Shown here: piece after piece, positions 49,644-58,453 of the stretch | How positions within the stretch are numbered: position 1 is the stretch's first letter | Layout: each line of letters begins with the position of its first letter | Virus record (IMG/VR): IMGVR_UViG_3300033984_000416 | Coordinates: 32,001-96,000 of that record | Source: a virus | Reading direction: 5' to 3' (one strand) | Length of the DNA: 64,000 bases | Notes under the pieces: model-generated | Seen by the model: the letters and a program-made list of their open reading frames with translations, nothing else | Told to the model about the DNA's origin: nothing | Databases searched by the model: none | Translations under genes and position numbers: made by a program

Positions 49644-50361
49644 GGTTTTTATCGAATAGAGTTCTAGAGTTCTTTTCGCTTAACCACTCCTAATCATTAG
49701 AAGTGATAGTCTGAGTCATTCCCTTTACAAAAACGGAACTTATTGTTGTGTGCAACCTTTACAGGGATAAAGGCCCGATATAGTCATACGTCTCCACTGT
49801 TCTATACCAAACCCAATCAAATAAAGTCCTCGCTTCCACCGTTTTGCTCATTGAGTTTTATCGCTCACGGGCTCCCTTAAGTAATAGGGGGTTACTCGAA
49901 TATTTATTTAAAAGACCCAAAAAAGTTAGGGTCGCACACAGTTACATTTACTAAGCTCCACAGCATGATTACTCACATTGCTTCTCAGAACAGTCTATAA
50001 CCCAACAATTCCTCGCCAGCATTACAGCATGACACAAATTAAGTTAAATATCTTAACTACCAACTCGATTACAAAATAAGCACCACTAAATCCACGCCTC
50101 GACTTTTACAGTCATAAATTTACTTTAGCCCTATGATAACCGAGTCGTTACCGACATATCACTTCTTTTTGGGTTGAGTTTCGAAATGGCTTAGCCAAAT
50201 CTAGATACATTAACTTGGTTTGGCAGAAGGAGCTAACCATCTCATCCACTCACAGTAGATACCTCGTTTCTTATACCTTAGTCATTTGTGCACGGAATGG
50301 TAACCACCCCTTTCGGTAGAATTAATAACTACCATGCATTTCCCAACTAATTTCTCAACCC
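49612..50361 (-). ncRNA. Large (~750 nt) highly structured non-coding RNA candidate, GOLLD/ROOL size class
   Basis: No ORF in the track; visibly more G/C than its flanks; many hairpins and several long-range helices (50354-50361/50171-50178; 50157-50165/49700-49708; 49987-49994/49796-49803; 49934-49940/49747-49753); ends in a terminator. Confidence 0.75.
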
Positions 50362-50380
50362 TTATTTATTATTATACGTT

Positions 50381-51400
50381 TTAATACGTTTTTTTTACTT
50401 TAGATTTTTTAGGAACATAATTTATGTTCTCTAATTTACCTTTAAGTACAATAAGGTTATCAGTTGCAGCTTTTAATGATTCATAAACACCAAGTCTATA
50501 AGTTGATAAATTTGATAAACCAGCTTTTTTATAACCATTAATAAGATTCATTAAATTTGTATATAATTTTTCATTTGTAAAGTTATCAAGAATTGTTGTT
50601 TCTTCATCAGTAGCGAATAACGCTCCTAATGATTGTTTTTTAGTAGCAGCTATTTGTCTTTCTAACACCTTTGCTTGTGTTTCTAAAAAATTAACTTCAG
50701 TAATAACATCAGTTAACACTACTGGCATTTTACCATTTGGATAACTATCAGTAATCAATTTATCAATAACCGATTGTCTAACAACATAAAAAGGTATATC
50801 AATATGACCTTCTGCCTCATATTCTGCTCTAATTGTTAATAGCTCCACTTCTCTTTCAGAGATTTTCCATTTTTCAAAAGCGACAGCCGTAGCTTCTTTT
50901 TCTGCTTGTTCTATTAAAGCAATATTTTCTGGTGTGTCCCCTTGAACAATACCTGTTGTGTTTCTATAATCTTGTATAAAAGCTCTAAAATTATCTGTAA
51001 CATAGTATTGTTCCATGGTATCAAACATAGGAAATTTTGGTTCTGTTACCATAATATCCCTACTAATTTTTGGCACGGCACCAATGTAGTTTTCTAAATT
51101 TTGAAATAACCTATCATTAGGTGTAACACTAAAAAATGGGTATCTTTTTCCATTGATAATTGCTGTTAAATCTAATGATACAGAATAACCAGTTTCCATG
51201 TCTGCTTCAAAGCTTAAAGTTTCTTCTAATTTTTCTTTTGTTGTTGTACCTTTTTTCTCAAAAGTAACACCATTCATCATATGATATACTAATATGTCAT
51301 ATTCAATAATAGCCTCTGGCGTTTCTAATATTCCAGAATTATTTTCTTCTTCTTCCATTATAAGTAATGCTACTTTTTTTCTAATCGAACCTTGCATCAT
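50381..51400 (-). CDS. Hypothetical protein (339 aa)
   Basis: ORF with ATATTTAT upstream; basic tail KKSKVKKTY; stop lies 20 nt before the ncRNA candidate. Confidence 0.7.
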   Translation of the reverse strand: MMQGSIRKKVALLIMEEEENNSGILETPEAIIEYDILVYHMMNGVTFEKKGTTTKEKLEETLSFEADMETGYSVSLDLTAIINGKRYPFFSVTPNDRLFQNLENYIGAVPKISRDIMVTEPKFPMFDTMEQYYVTDNFRAFIQDYRNTTGIVQGDTPENIALIEQAEKEATAVAFEKWKISEREVELLTIRAEYEAEGHIDIPFYVVRQSVIDKLITDSYPNGKMPVVLTDVITEVNFLETQAKVLERQIAATKKQSLGALFATDEETTILDNFTNEKLYTNLMNLINGYKKAGLSNLSTYRLGVYESLKAATDNLIVLKGKLENINYVPKKSKVKKTY

Positions 51401-51454
51401 AATTTTTTGTGTTTTTATTTATTATTATTATTATCTTTATATAAATATATCAAT

Positions 51455-52300
51455 TTACCCAATTGATACGACTAATCCATTTTTAATTACAACAATTAAT
51501 CCATCAATTGTTTTGAAGGTTGTTGTGATACCCACAGAACCATCACTAGATGAATAACCATCTGATTTTAATGTTCCATGCACTATCGTTTCTTTTGTTT
51601 TTACATTCCCTATTGTTGTAGTATTTGAACCATGACCAATTGAAGTTGAGCCGATTACTATTTCGTTTACACCCTCATCTTGTAGAGGTTTTGTGTTGGC
51701 ACCAATAAATATAGATTCATTTGATTGATTATTGTTTTGATTCTTGCTAGTTACTTTACCAGCATTAACCCCAATACCAATGTTTTCGACACCTCGCCAT
51801 ATAGCAGCCATTGAATGTCTACCCAATGCTGTATTGTTAGAACCCTCTCTGTTTGTTGCTAAAGAACCTTTACCAACACCTACATTTCCGCTACTAACAT
51901 TGTGGTTTAAAGCATTCTTACCAATCGCAACATTATCAATACCTTTCTTGTTCTTAAGCAAGGCATTTTTACCAATCTTAATGTTTTCGTCAGTACTAGT
52001 TATAGTTTCAGAAATAGTAGATTCAGAAATAGTAGGTTGTTGACTTAGTAACGCTACAACTTCTAATGCTCGAATATTACTAATAGGTTGTACTGTTGAA
52101 TTCAAATCAACAACATTTGGTAAAATCATTTGCTCTAATTCAATATCAGCGATAGTTGTTTCTTCAGTTTCCACTACAGTACCACCACCCCTTAAATATT
52201 TAATATATTTATCGTGAGGAACAGTCCCTTCAATCATAGGTATAGCAACCCCATTTAGGGTTATTATTCGGTTAGGGTTAATTTTATATATTTCTTCCAT
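51455..52300 (-). CDS. Tail fibre-associated protein with beta-roll (N-x-A-I-G) repeats
   Basis: IGKNAL...NVAIGKNAL...NVGVGKGSL...NTALGRHSM...NIGIG repeats; N-terminus weakly resembles fibre-assembly chaperone motifs. Confidence 0.6.
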   Translation of the reverse strand: MEEIYKINPNRIITLNGVAIPMIEGTVPHDKYIKYLRGGGTVVETEETTIADIELEQMILPNVVDLNSTVQPISNIRALEVVALLSQQPTISESTISETITSTDENIKIGKNALLKNKKGIDNVAIGKNALNHNVSSGNVGVGKGSLATNREGSNNTALGRHSMAAIWRGVENIGIGVNAGKVTSKNQNNNQSNESIFIGANTKPLQDEGVNEIVIGSTSIGHGSNTTTIGNVKTKETIVHGTLKSDGYSSSDGSVGITTTFKTIDGLIVVIKNGLVVSIG

Positions 52301-55266
52301 TATGAACTAATTGCGTTACGTTTGAACATCTGACAACCATAATCTTTAAAAGATACAGCCCCAGAAACTCCAGTATTATTTCCCATCCACGCTACTGGAT
52401 AATAGTTTACACCAGTATTATAATCACTAGTAATAGTAGTACCAGTAACCAATACAGCACCAGTTGAGTTTGTTATTTGTGTTAATTCTAAATTTATAGC
52501 CGCAACTCCGAATTTTTTAGATATTTTAAGTTTATAAGTAACAGTTGTTGCAGTACCCATAAAGTTAGGTCCTAAATCTAAATAACTTGCAGTACCAGAT
52601 GCGTCATTCCAAACAAAGTTAAGTGTTCCACCACTTTGCAACTTAGCAACACCAATACTATTTATTAGTGTTAACGGGTCAACATTGGTTGGTGCCGCAG
52701 TAGAATATAGTGAGGATATACCAACAAAAATTCTTTGATTACCGTTGTTTGTGTTTATTCTGAATTTTCTAATAGTTTCAAATTGAAAATTTGTACCTAA
52801 CAACGAACCACCAAAAACAGTACCATATTGTGCCGTTACCGAACCAACAGCCAGTGATGTCGTTAACAATATACCCATAGGATTCTCAACTAGTGTTGAA
52901 ATAGAACCAGTTGAAAGTATCGTACCACCGACTGTTCTAAGACCACTATAAGTAGCAGTATTATCAGAAGGTAAGAAATACGAATACTGGTTAGTCATGA
53001 ATTTATCATACAAATAATCATCAAGTGTCGGACTATAAATAGTCGTAGCTGATACTGTAGATGCACTCATACCATTACTATTAGCTGAGAAGCTAGGCGT
53101 TGCTAAGCTAGAACCAGAAATATAACCATCAGCTCTTATAAATGATGTAGCATCTCCAGCAGCATTAAGACCTTCTAATAATCTTGTAACGTTATCAGCG
53201 TTTCCAGTACCATTTTTGATACTTAAACCATCTAGAGTTGAATTTATAACAATTTCTGGGGTTGTTGAATTGTTGTATGCTTGTTGAAGTGTTGTAGTTG
53301 ATAAACCACCAGTTCCACCAAAACTTTCACCAAATTTAGAAACTAGTGTAAATTTAGCATAATCAGTGTTGGTTAAAGGTTCACCATCAGCAACAATATC
53401 ATTTCTAACAGAAAGAACACCAATAAGTATACCAGTAGACTCTACGTTAGGGTAAGGTATAAATGTTTCAGATTGTATATTAGCGATAGCTTCAGCTAAT
53501 GTGGCATACCTAGTTTGACCATACAAAACATTAATAACCCCAGTAGGGTACATATAAATTCTTTGATTAGTCGCATCATTACTACCAGCTGGTGTAATAG
53601 TAGTTATTACACCACCAATATCATATTTTCTAGGGTCAATAACTGTAACCGAACCACTAGTACCACCAGTTTGAGTTCTATAAAAAAATGACGCTGGTAC
53701 TTTTGCAGCAATATTAACATTATTAGGGCTTAATTGGTTATTATGCCAATTAATACCATTACCCCAAAGAATACCAGCTGAAGTATTAAAACTTAAATTA
53801 GCACCATTTGGTGAAGGTATAATACCTTGATTTATCAATCTTATAGGTGACCATAAATCACGCAAAGATGACATTGGTGATACATCGTAATCAACTGTAT
53901 TATTTATGTTTAATATACTCGTTCTATTTGGGTGATTAACTTTACCCAAAAATATATTTTCTCTTCTTTCTTGTGGCGTTGGAAATGTTACTTGTTGTGT
54001 AACTGTTAAAGCACTAGTGATTAAAATATATGTTGAATCCGCTGAAGCAATATTAGTAACTGAAATGTTTGTACCGCCAGTGTAATTAATACTTTGAACA
54101 TCTGGTGATAAAGCATATGTATATGTGTTTTTAACCAACCAACCTTTCAATGGTGCAACATTAAAAGTTGTTGTTGATGCTGTTGTCATACCAGTAAACT
54201 CAAACAAACCAGTAGATAATGTGTTACCTTCTAATACATTTCGTTCTAAATCTGTAAGTGATAAAACAGAATTTTCATTATTAATATTAACAAATAATTT
54301 ACCAGTTGTAGTACCAGTTTGTACTACATAACCAATACTATTTGTTCTAGCAGTAAGAGGGAAGTTTAAATATTTTGTAGCATCATCTATTTTACCTGGT
54401 ACTGTATCTGAAGCATAAACCAAAGAACCAACGGTTATTCCAGTCAACTCAATATTAGAAATAACACCATAAGTAATAGCAATACCTTCAGTATTGTTAG
54501 GTATGATTTCAGCAGAAACACCAACGCTATTAAAACCAGTATGTTTATTCACAGCTAGAGTTACAGATGGTAATCCGCTATAAGCAGAAAGTACTTCCAA
54601 AGCTTTACCTCTTTGGATATCAACACCAGAATTATTAAATACTCGTAGATAGTTTTGTTGTCCCATGTTAACGGTAACACCTTGGTTAATAGAAGTATTG
54701 TATGATAAAGCATGTTCTGTATTATTAAAATAAACAGTACCAGCTACTGTAGCAGCACTAGTTGTTCCAGTGTTAAATACGATGTAATCAACCATGTTTA
54801 TACTAGTAGCACTGAATGTATTCGCTGTAAGACCGTTAGTAAAATTAGTAGCACCAGATACTGTACCACCTGTAAACGTAGTTCCGTTGCTAGTACTAAA
54901 ACCAGTTACGTTAAACGTACCACCAGTTGTGTTGGTAAATATTGCTGTTCCAGCAGAATATGTTCCACCAGTTGTGAATATATCAGTAGGCAACCCTAAA
55001 TAAGTTGTTGCAGAAAAGGTGGTAGCACTAAGCCCACCACTAAAAAATGTTGCACCAGATACTGTACCACCGCTAAAACCGATAGATGTATTTGTTGAAT
55101 CTAAAAATTCTGCCCATGTTGCAATACCATCTTTATTGATGTATTCAATAGCGGTAAGCATGTCAATATAAATTGACCCTTTTATTGCTATGTGGTTTGG
55201 TGAACCATTACCACTTTGTATGGTTACATCACCGACAGATATTGACCTTATATTATTTGATGCCAT
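52300..55266 (-). CDS. Tail fibre / receptor-binding protein (988 aa)
   Basis: S/T/G-rich, with GGTVSGAT...SATTY modules and a beta-rich C-terminal domain. Confidence 0.7.
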   Translation of the reverse strand: MASNNIRSISVGDVTIQSGNGSPNHIAIKGSIYIDMLTAIEYINKDGIATWAEFLDSTNTSIGFSGGTVSGATFFSGGLSATTFSATTYLGLPTDIFTTGGTYSAGTAIFTNTTGGTFNVTGFSTSNGTTFTGGTVSGATNFTNGLTANTFSATSINMVDYIVFNTGTTSAATVAGTVYFNNTEHALSYNTSINQGVTVNMGQQNYLRVFNNSGVDIQRGKALEVLSAYSGLPSVTLAVNKHTGFNSVGVSAEIIPNNTEGIAITYGVISNIELTGITVGSLVYASDTVPGKIDDATKYLNFPLTARTNSIGYVVQTGTTTGKLFVNINNENSVLSLTDLERNVLEGNTLSTGLFEFTGMTTASTTTFNVAPLKGWLVKNTYTYALSPDVQSINYTGGTNISVTNIASADSTYILITSALTVTQQVTFPTPQERRENIFLGKVNHPNRTSILNINNTVDYDVSPMSSLRDLWSPIRLINQGIIPSPNGANLSFNTSAGILWGNGINWHNNQLSPNNVNIAAKVPASFFYRTQTGGTSGSVTVIDPRKYDIGGVITTITPAGSNDATNQRIYMYPTGVINVLYGQTRYATLAEAIANIQSETFIPYPNVESTGILIGVLSVRNDIVADGEPLTNTDYAKFTLVSKFGESFGGTGGLSTTTLQQAYNNSTTPEIVINSTLDGLSIKNGTGNADNVTRLLEGLNAAGDATSFIRADGYISGSSLATPSFSANSNGMSASTVSATTIYSPTLDDYLYDKFMTNQYSYFLPSDNTATYSGLRTVGGTILSTGSISTLVENPMGILLTTSLAVGSVTAQYGTVFGGSLLGTNFQFETIRKFRINTNNGNQRIFVGISSLYSTAAPTNVDPLTLINSIGVAKLQSGGTLNFVWNDASGTASYLDLGPNFMGTATTVTYKLKISKKFGVAAINLELTQITNSTGAVLVTGTTITSDYNTGVNYYPVAWMGNNTGVSGAVSFKDYGCQMFKRNAISS

Positions 55267-55301
55267 TCGTTTTTAGTTTATTATTTATAAATATCAATTT
55301 A

Positions 55302-56924
55302 TTATTTTATTATTTCCCAATTTGACTTCCATGTATAACTTTTGGCTGTTTCGCCACTTACACTTATCAAAATATTACCACTATTCGCAGAATATATAAC
55401 TGAGTTTGCTGTCATACCACTAGAAACCCTATCAAAATCAGAATTTTCACCAACAACCTTAACCAACCCAGATACTTTATTTATTGCAATTGTTCTTTTC
55501 CAAAAACCATAATCTACAGAATCTTTAAAAGCACTAACATAGTTAATTATAAATACATTTGAATTATCAGTAATTCCAGTTATTGTGTCGATTGTTTGTA
55601 ATGTATTATTACTCGTTGTTGTACTAGCAGTTAAAAACGTTCTAACAGGCAATACAACATCAATATTTGTATTGTCACTTCTAGTATTTCTTAATGTTTT
55701 AGAACTAGTATTAAAAGTACTACCAGTTATAGAAATACCACTTGGTATATTGTAATATGTTGTTGCAGAAATAGTTGTCGCACTTAAATTACCATTTATC
55801 AATGTATTACCAGATACATGTAAAGCATGTAAAGGTTTAACAACATTAATACCAATCCTACCGTTTGTTTGACCAGTAATACTTGGGTTACCTGTTATAG
55901 CACTATATGTCCCACTTCCAAATAAAATACCACCTAAGTTAATACTGTTGGTTGCTCCAGATGGTAACGATATATTTGTACCAATTATTATATTATTTGA
56001 ACCAATATTATTACTAGTAAAAGATTTCCCAGCATAATAACCAAATAAGTTTGAATAACTAGCATTAGTTGCACTATTACCAGCGTATTGACCAAAAAAG
56101 TTTGAATAAGTAGCATTGGTAGCATATTGACCAGCAAAAAGACCCATAAAGTTTGAGTTAGCCGCATTGGTAGCGTATTGCCCAACAAAATTACCCATAA
56201 AATTTGAATAATAAGCATTAGTTGCACCACCACCAGCAAAATAACCAAAAAAGTTTGAACCATTAGCATTAGTCGCTTGATAACCAGCTTGATTACCCAT
56301 AAAGTTTGAAGCATTAGCACTAGTCGCTTGATACCCAGCACTAATTCCCATAAAGTTTGAATCATAAGCAGTAGTGGCTTGATAACCAGCTTGATTACCA
56401 AAAAAGTTTGAGTTATAAGCAGTCTTTGCACTATAACCAGCTTGATTACCAATAAAGTTTGAATTATAAGCAGTCTTTGCAGTATACCCAGCGTCACTAC
56501 CATAAACAAACATATCATAACTTAATGCTTGTGCATTTTTACCAAAAGCAACGCTACCAGAACCAGTTGCAATTGGTTTAATTGTTGGTGCTATTGCATT
56601 TTCAGCATACCATTTTATATCAGTATAACCAGTAACTGTAAACGCAGTACCACCATTATTATTTTTAAAGGTAGTTGTTCCAGCAGTATACGTACCACCA
56701 GTTAATGTTGAACCACCAGATATTTCCCAACCAGTAGATTTTTTTGTGTATGTGTTTTGGTCTTCCAAAACAAAAGTTATCATACCTATAAATTGAGAAG
56801 GTAAGATTGTTGTATTTGTTAAATCAGAAATATTATCAACAACCATGTAATCTGCTACTGGTTGAGCTGCTTGTATTTTAAACCCTGTTAGTAATGCTAT
56901 ACCACCATTATATTTTTTCGCCAT
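55302..56924 (-). CDS. Tail fibre protein with ten 17-aa tandem repeats (540 aa)
   Basis: AYNSNFxGNQAGYxAT repeats; shares TGGTY/SATTY modules with neighbours. Confidence 0.7.
   Translation of the reverse strand: MAKKYNGGIALLTGFKIQAAQPVADYMVVDNISDLTNTTILPSQFIGMITFVLEDQNTYTKKSTGWEISGGSTLTGGTYTAGTTTFKNNNGGTAFTVTGYTDIKWYAENAIAPTIKPIATGSGSVAFGKNAQALSYDMFVYGSDAGYTAKTAYNSNFIGNQAGYSAKTAYNSNFFGNQAGYQATTAYDSNFMGISAGYQATSANASNFMGNQAGYQATNANGSNFFGYFAGGGATNAYYSNFMGNFVGQYATNAANSNFMGLFAGQYATNATYSNFFGQYAGNSATNASYSNLFGYYAGKSFTSNNIGSNNIIIGTNISLPSGATNSINLGGILFGSGTYSAITGNPSITGQTNGRIGINVVKPLHALHVSGNTLINGNLSATTISATTYYNIPSGISITGSTFNTSSKTLRNTRSDNTNIDVVLPVRTFLTASTTTSNNTLQTIDTITGITDNSNVFIINYVSAFKDSVDYGFWKRTIAINKVSGLVKVVGENSDFDRVSSGMTANSVIYSANSGNILISVSGETAKSYTWKSNWEIIK
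56013..56522 (-). repeat. 10 x 51-nt coding tandem repeat
   Basis: Exactly 510 nt; ataaccagcttgattacca recurs at 56382 and 56433. Confidence 0.9.
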
Positions 56925-56927
56925 TAT

Positions 56928-58433
56928 TTAAGATATTTGAATTACTACTGAAGTTGTGTTATTTACTATGGCTTGAGTTCTATATGTATACAAAGTTTGT
57001 GTTGTAACACCATCAGCCAAAGTTAATAGTATTTGTTTTTGCCACCAGAACGAACCGTCTTCAACACCAACAGCACTAACAGTAGTGGTAAACCCAGCTT
57101 GAGTTATTGCAGCATTTTGTTTAGTTGAAATAAGCCAAATATAATTATTGGTTGTTAACACATTTAGAGTTTGAACAGTAGAAGATTGAACCACTTTATT
57201 TAACCCTAAAGCCGTTACAGCAGCATAAGTAGTATTACCAGTAACCCCAGTAACACTAGTCGATAAACCATTCCATTGAGGGGCATAAGTTGTATATGTT
57301 GCTGTATTTGTAGATGTTAAACCACTTCCGTTTCTAGTATAATTAATGCTCAATGTATGAGCTGTGGTTAAATTAAAACTACCTATAGCTTGTGTATGTG
57401 GTAATCCATCAGCGTTTGATGTAACATCATAAGAACCAGGATTAATAATTGCACTATTAATAGTATCATCATTAGGTTTTATATTGTAATTTAATGTCAA
57501 TGTTGTTGCTGAACCTTTTTCACCTGTAGTAGGTGTAACACTAAAGGTAACTGAATTATTAACGTATATTAAATTTAAAACTCTAGCATATTGAGAACTA
57601 CCTAAATGATAATATTCGCTAGGTAACCCACCTTGTAACCCTGTTGTTGTATTATGGTTAACATTTTGATAAGTTGTTGCCGAAATAGTGTTTGCGGTAA
57701 GACCATTAGTAAATTGTGTAGCACCAGATATAGTTCCACCAGATATGTTAAATTTATCACTTAATAACGGTGTTAAACTTACATTATAAAAATTATTACC
57801 TTGTAAATTATTATTAAATTGAATTGTTTCACCACTAAGATTAGCACTAGTTGTAAATGAATCTGTCATACCACTAGTAAAACCAGTAACATTAAATGTA
57901 CCACCACTATTATTAGTGAAGGTAACAACACCTGTGTTGATATTATAAGTACCACCAGTTACGCTCATATCTGTAGCTAGAATACCTAAACTTTGTGTAT
58001 AATCTACACCATCATTACCCTTTATCGTGATATCATATGTAGAAGGGTTAAATGTCATACCAGTTGTATGAATATCTAAGGGTAACCCCAAGTAAGTTGT
58101 CGCACTAAAAGTATTAGCAGTTAAACCATTAGTAAATTGTGTAGCACCAGTTACTGTTCCACCAGTAAATTCATTAAGTGTCAACAATGTCCAATCTGAA
58201 ATTGTATTTGTCCATGGAGCTGGGTTTAATTTATAATAATCACCCCCATTATTCACACCAACAAGCATACCAGCTCTTCTCCTATCTGTTGTGATAGAAT
58301 TCAAATCAGTTGTACCACCACTTAAATTACGTAACCCATCTATACCATAGATTGAGTCAATTACAGCGTATGTATCTAACGTATTTGAAGGTACTATAAT
58401 ACCCGTTACTTTAACCCCTTGAATTGATGCCAT
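56928..58433 (-). CDS. Tail fibre-like structural protein (501 aa)
   Basis: RRRAGMLVGV N-terminal module; two GATQFTNGLTANT.SATTY modules. Confidence 0.65.
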   Translation of the reverse strand: MASIQGVKVTGIIVPSNTLDTYAVIDSIYGIDGLRNLSGGTTDLNSITTDRRRAGMLVGVNNGGDYYKLNPAPWTNTISDWTLLTLNEFTGGTVTGATQFTNGLTANTFSATTYLGLPLDIHTTGMTFNPSTYDITIKGNDGVDYTQSLGILATDMSVTGGTYNINTGVVTFTNNSGGTFNVTGFTSGMTDSFTTSANLSGETIQFNNNLQGNNFYNVSLTPLLSDKFNISGGTISGATQFTNGLTANTISATTYQNVNHNTTTGLQGGLPSEYYHLGSSQYARVLNLIYVNNSVTFSVTPTTGEKGSATTLTLNYNIKPNDDTINSAIINPGSYDVTSNADGLPHTQAIGSFNLTTAHTLSINYTRNGSGLTSTNTATYTTYAPQWNGLSTSVTGVTGNTTYAAVTALGLNKVVQSSTVQTLNVLTTNNYIWLISTKQNAAITQAGFTTTVSAVGVEDGSFWWQKQILLTLADGVTTQTLYTYRTQAIVNNTTSVVIQIS

Positions 58434-58453
58434 TTATACTTTTTTATTAATTA

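Noticed and set aside
49840-49945. GUGCG and GAGCCCGUGAGCG in the non-coding region, suggestive of a group II intron 5' end and domain V
   Set aside because: The two motifs are only ~60 nt apart, the putative domain V does not form the required helix, and no interrupted gene or RT flanks the region.
49612-50361. tmRNA, RNase P or tRNA identity for the large RNA
   Set aside because: No tRNA-like acceptor ends or CCA, no GAGGAAAGUCC motif and no T-loop GTTCRA pattern were seen.
51418-51433. (ATT)n microsatellite upstream of the 339-aa gene
   Set aside because: Short, and unremarkable in AT-rich intergenic DNA; no effect on a reading frame.
52300-58433. DGR template/variable repeats or a CRISPR-like array in the fibre genes
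   Set aside because: The repeats are in-frame coding modules with no adenine-specific mismatch pattern or repeat-spacer layout; there is no RT or cas gene in the window.
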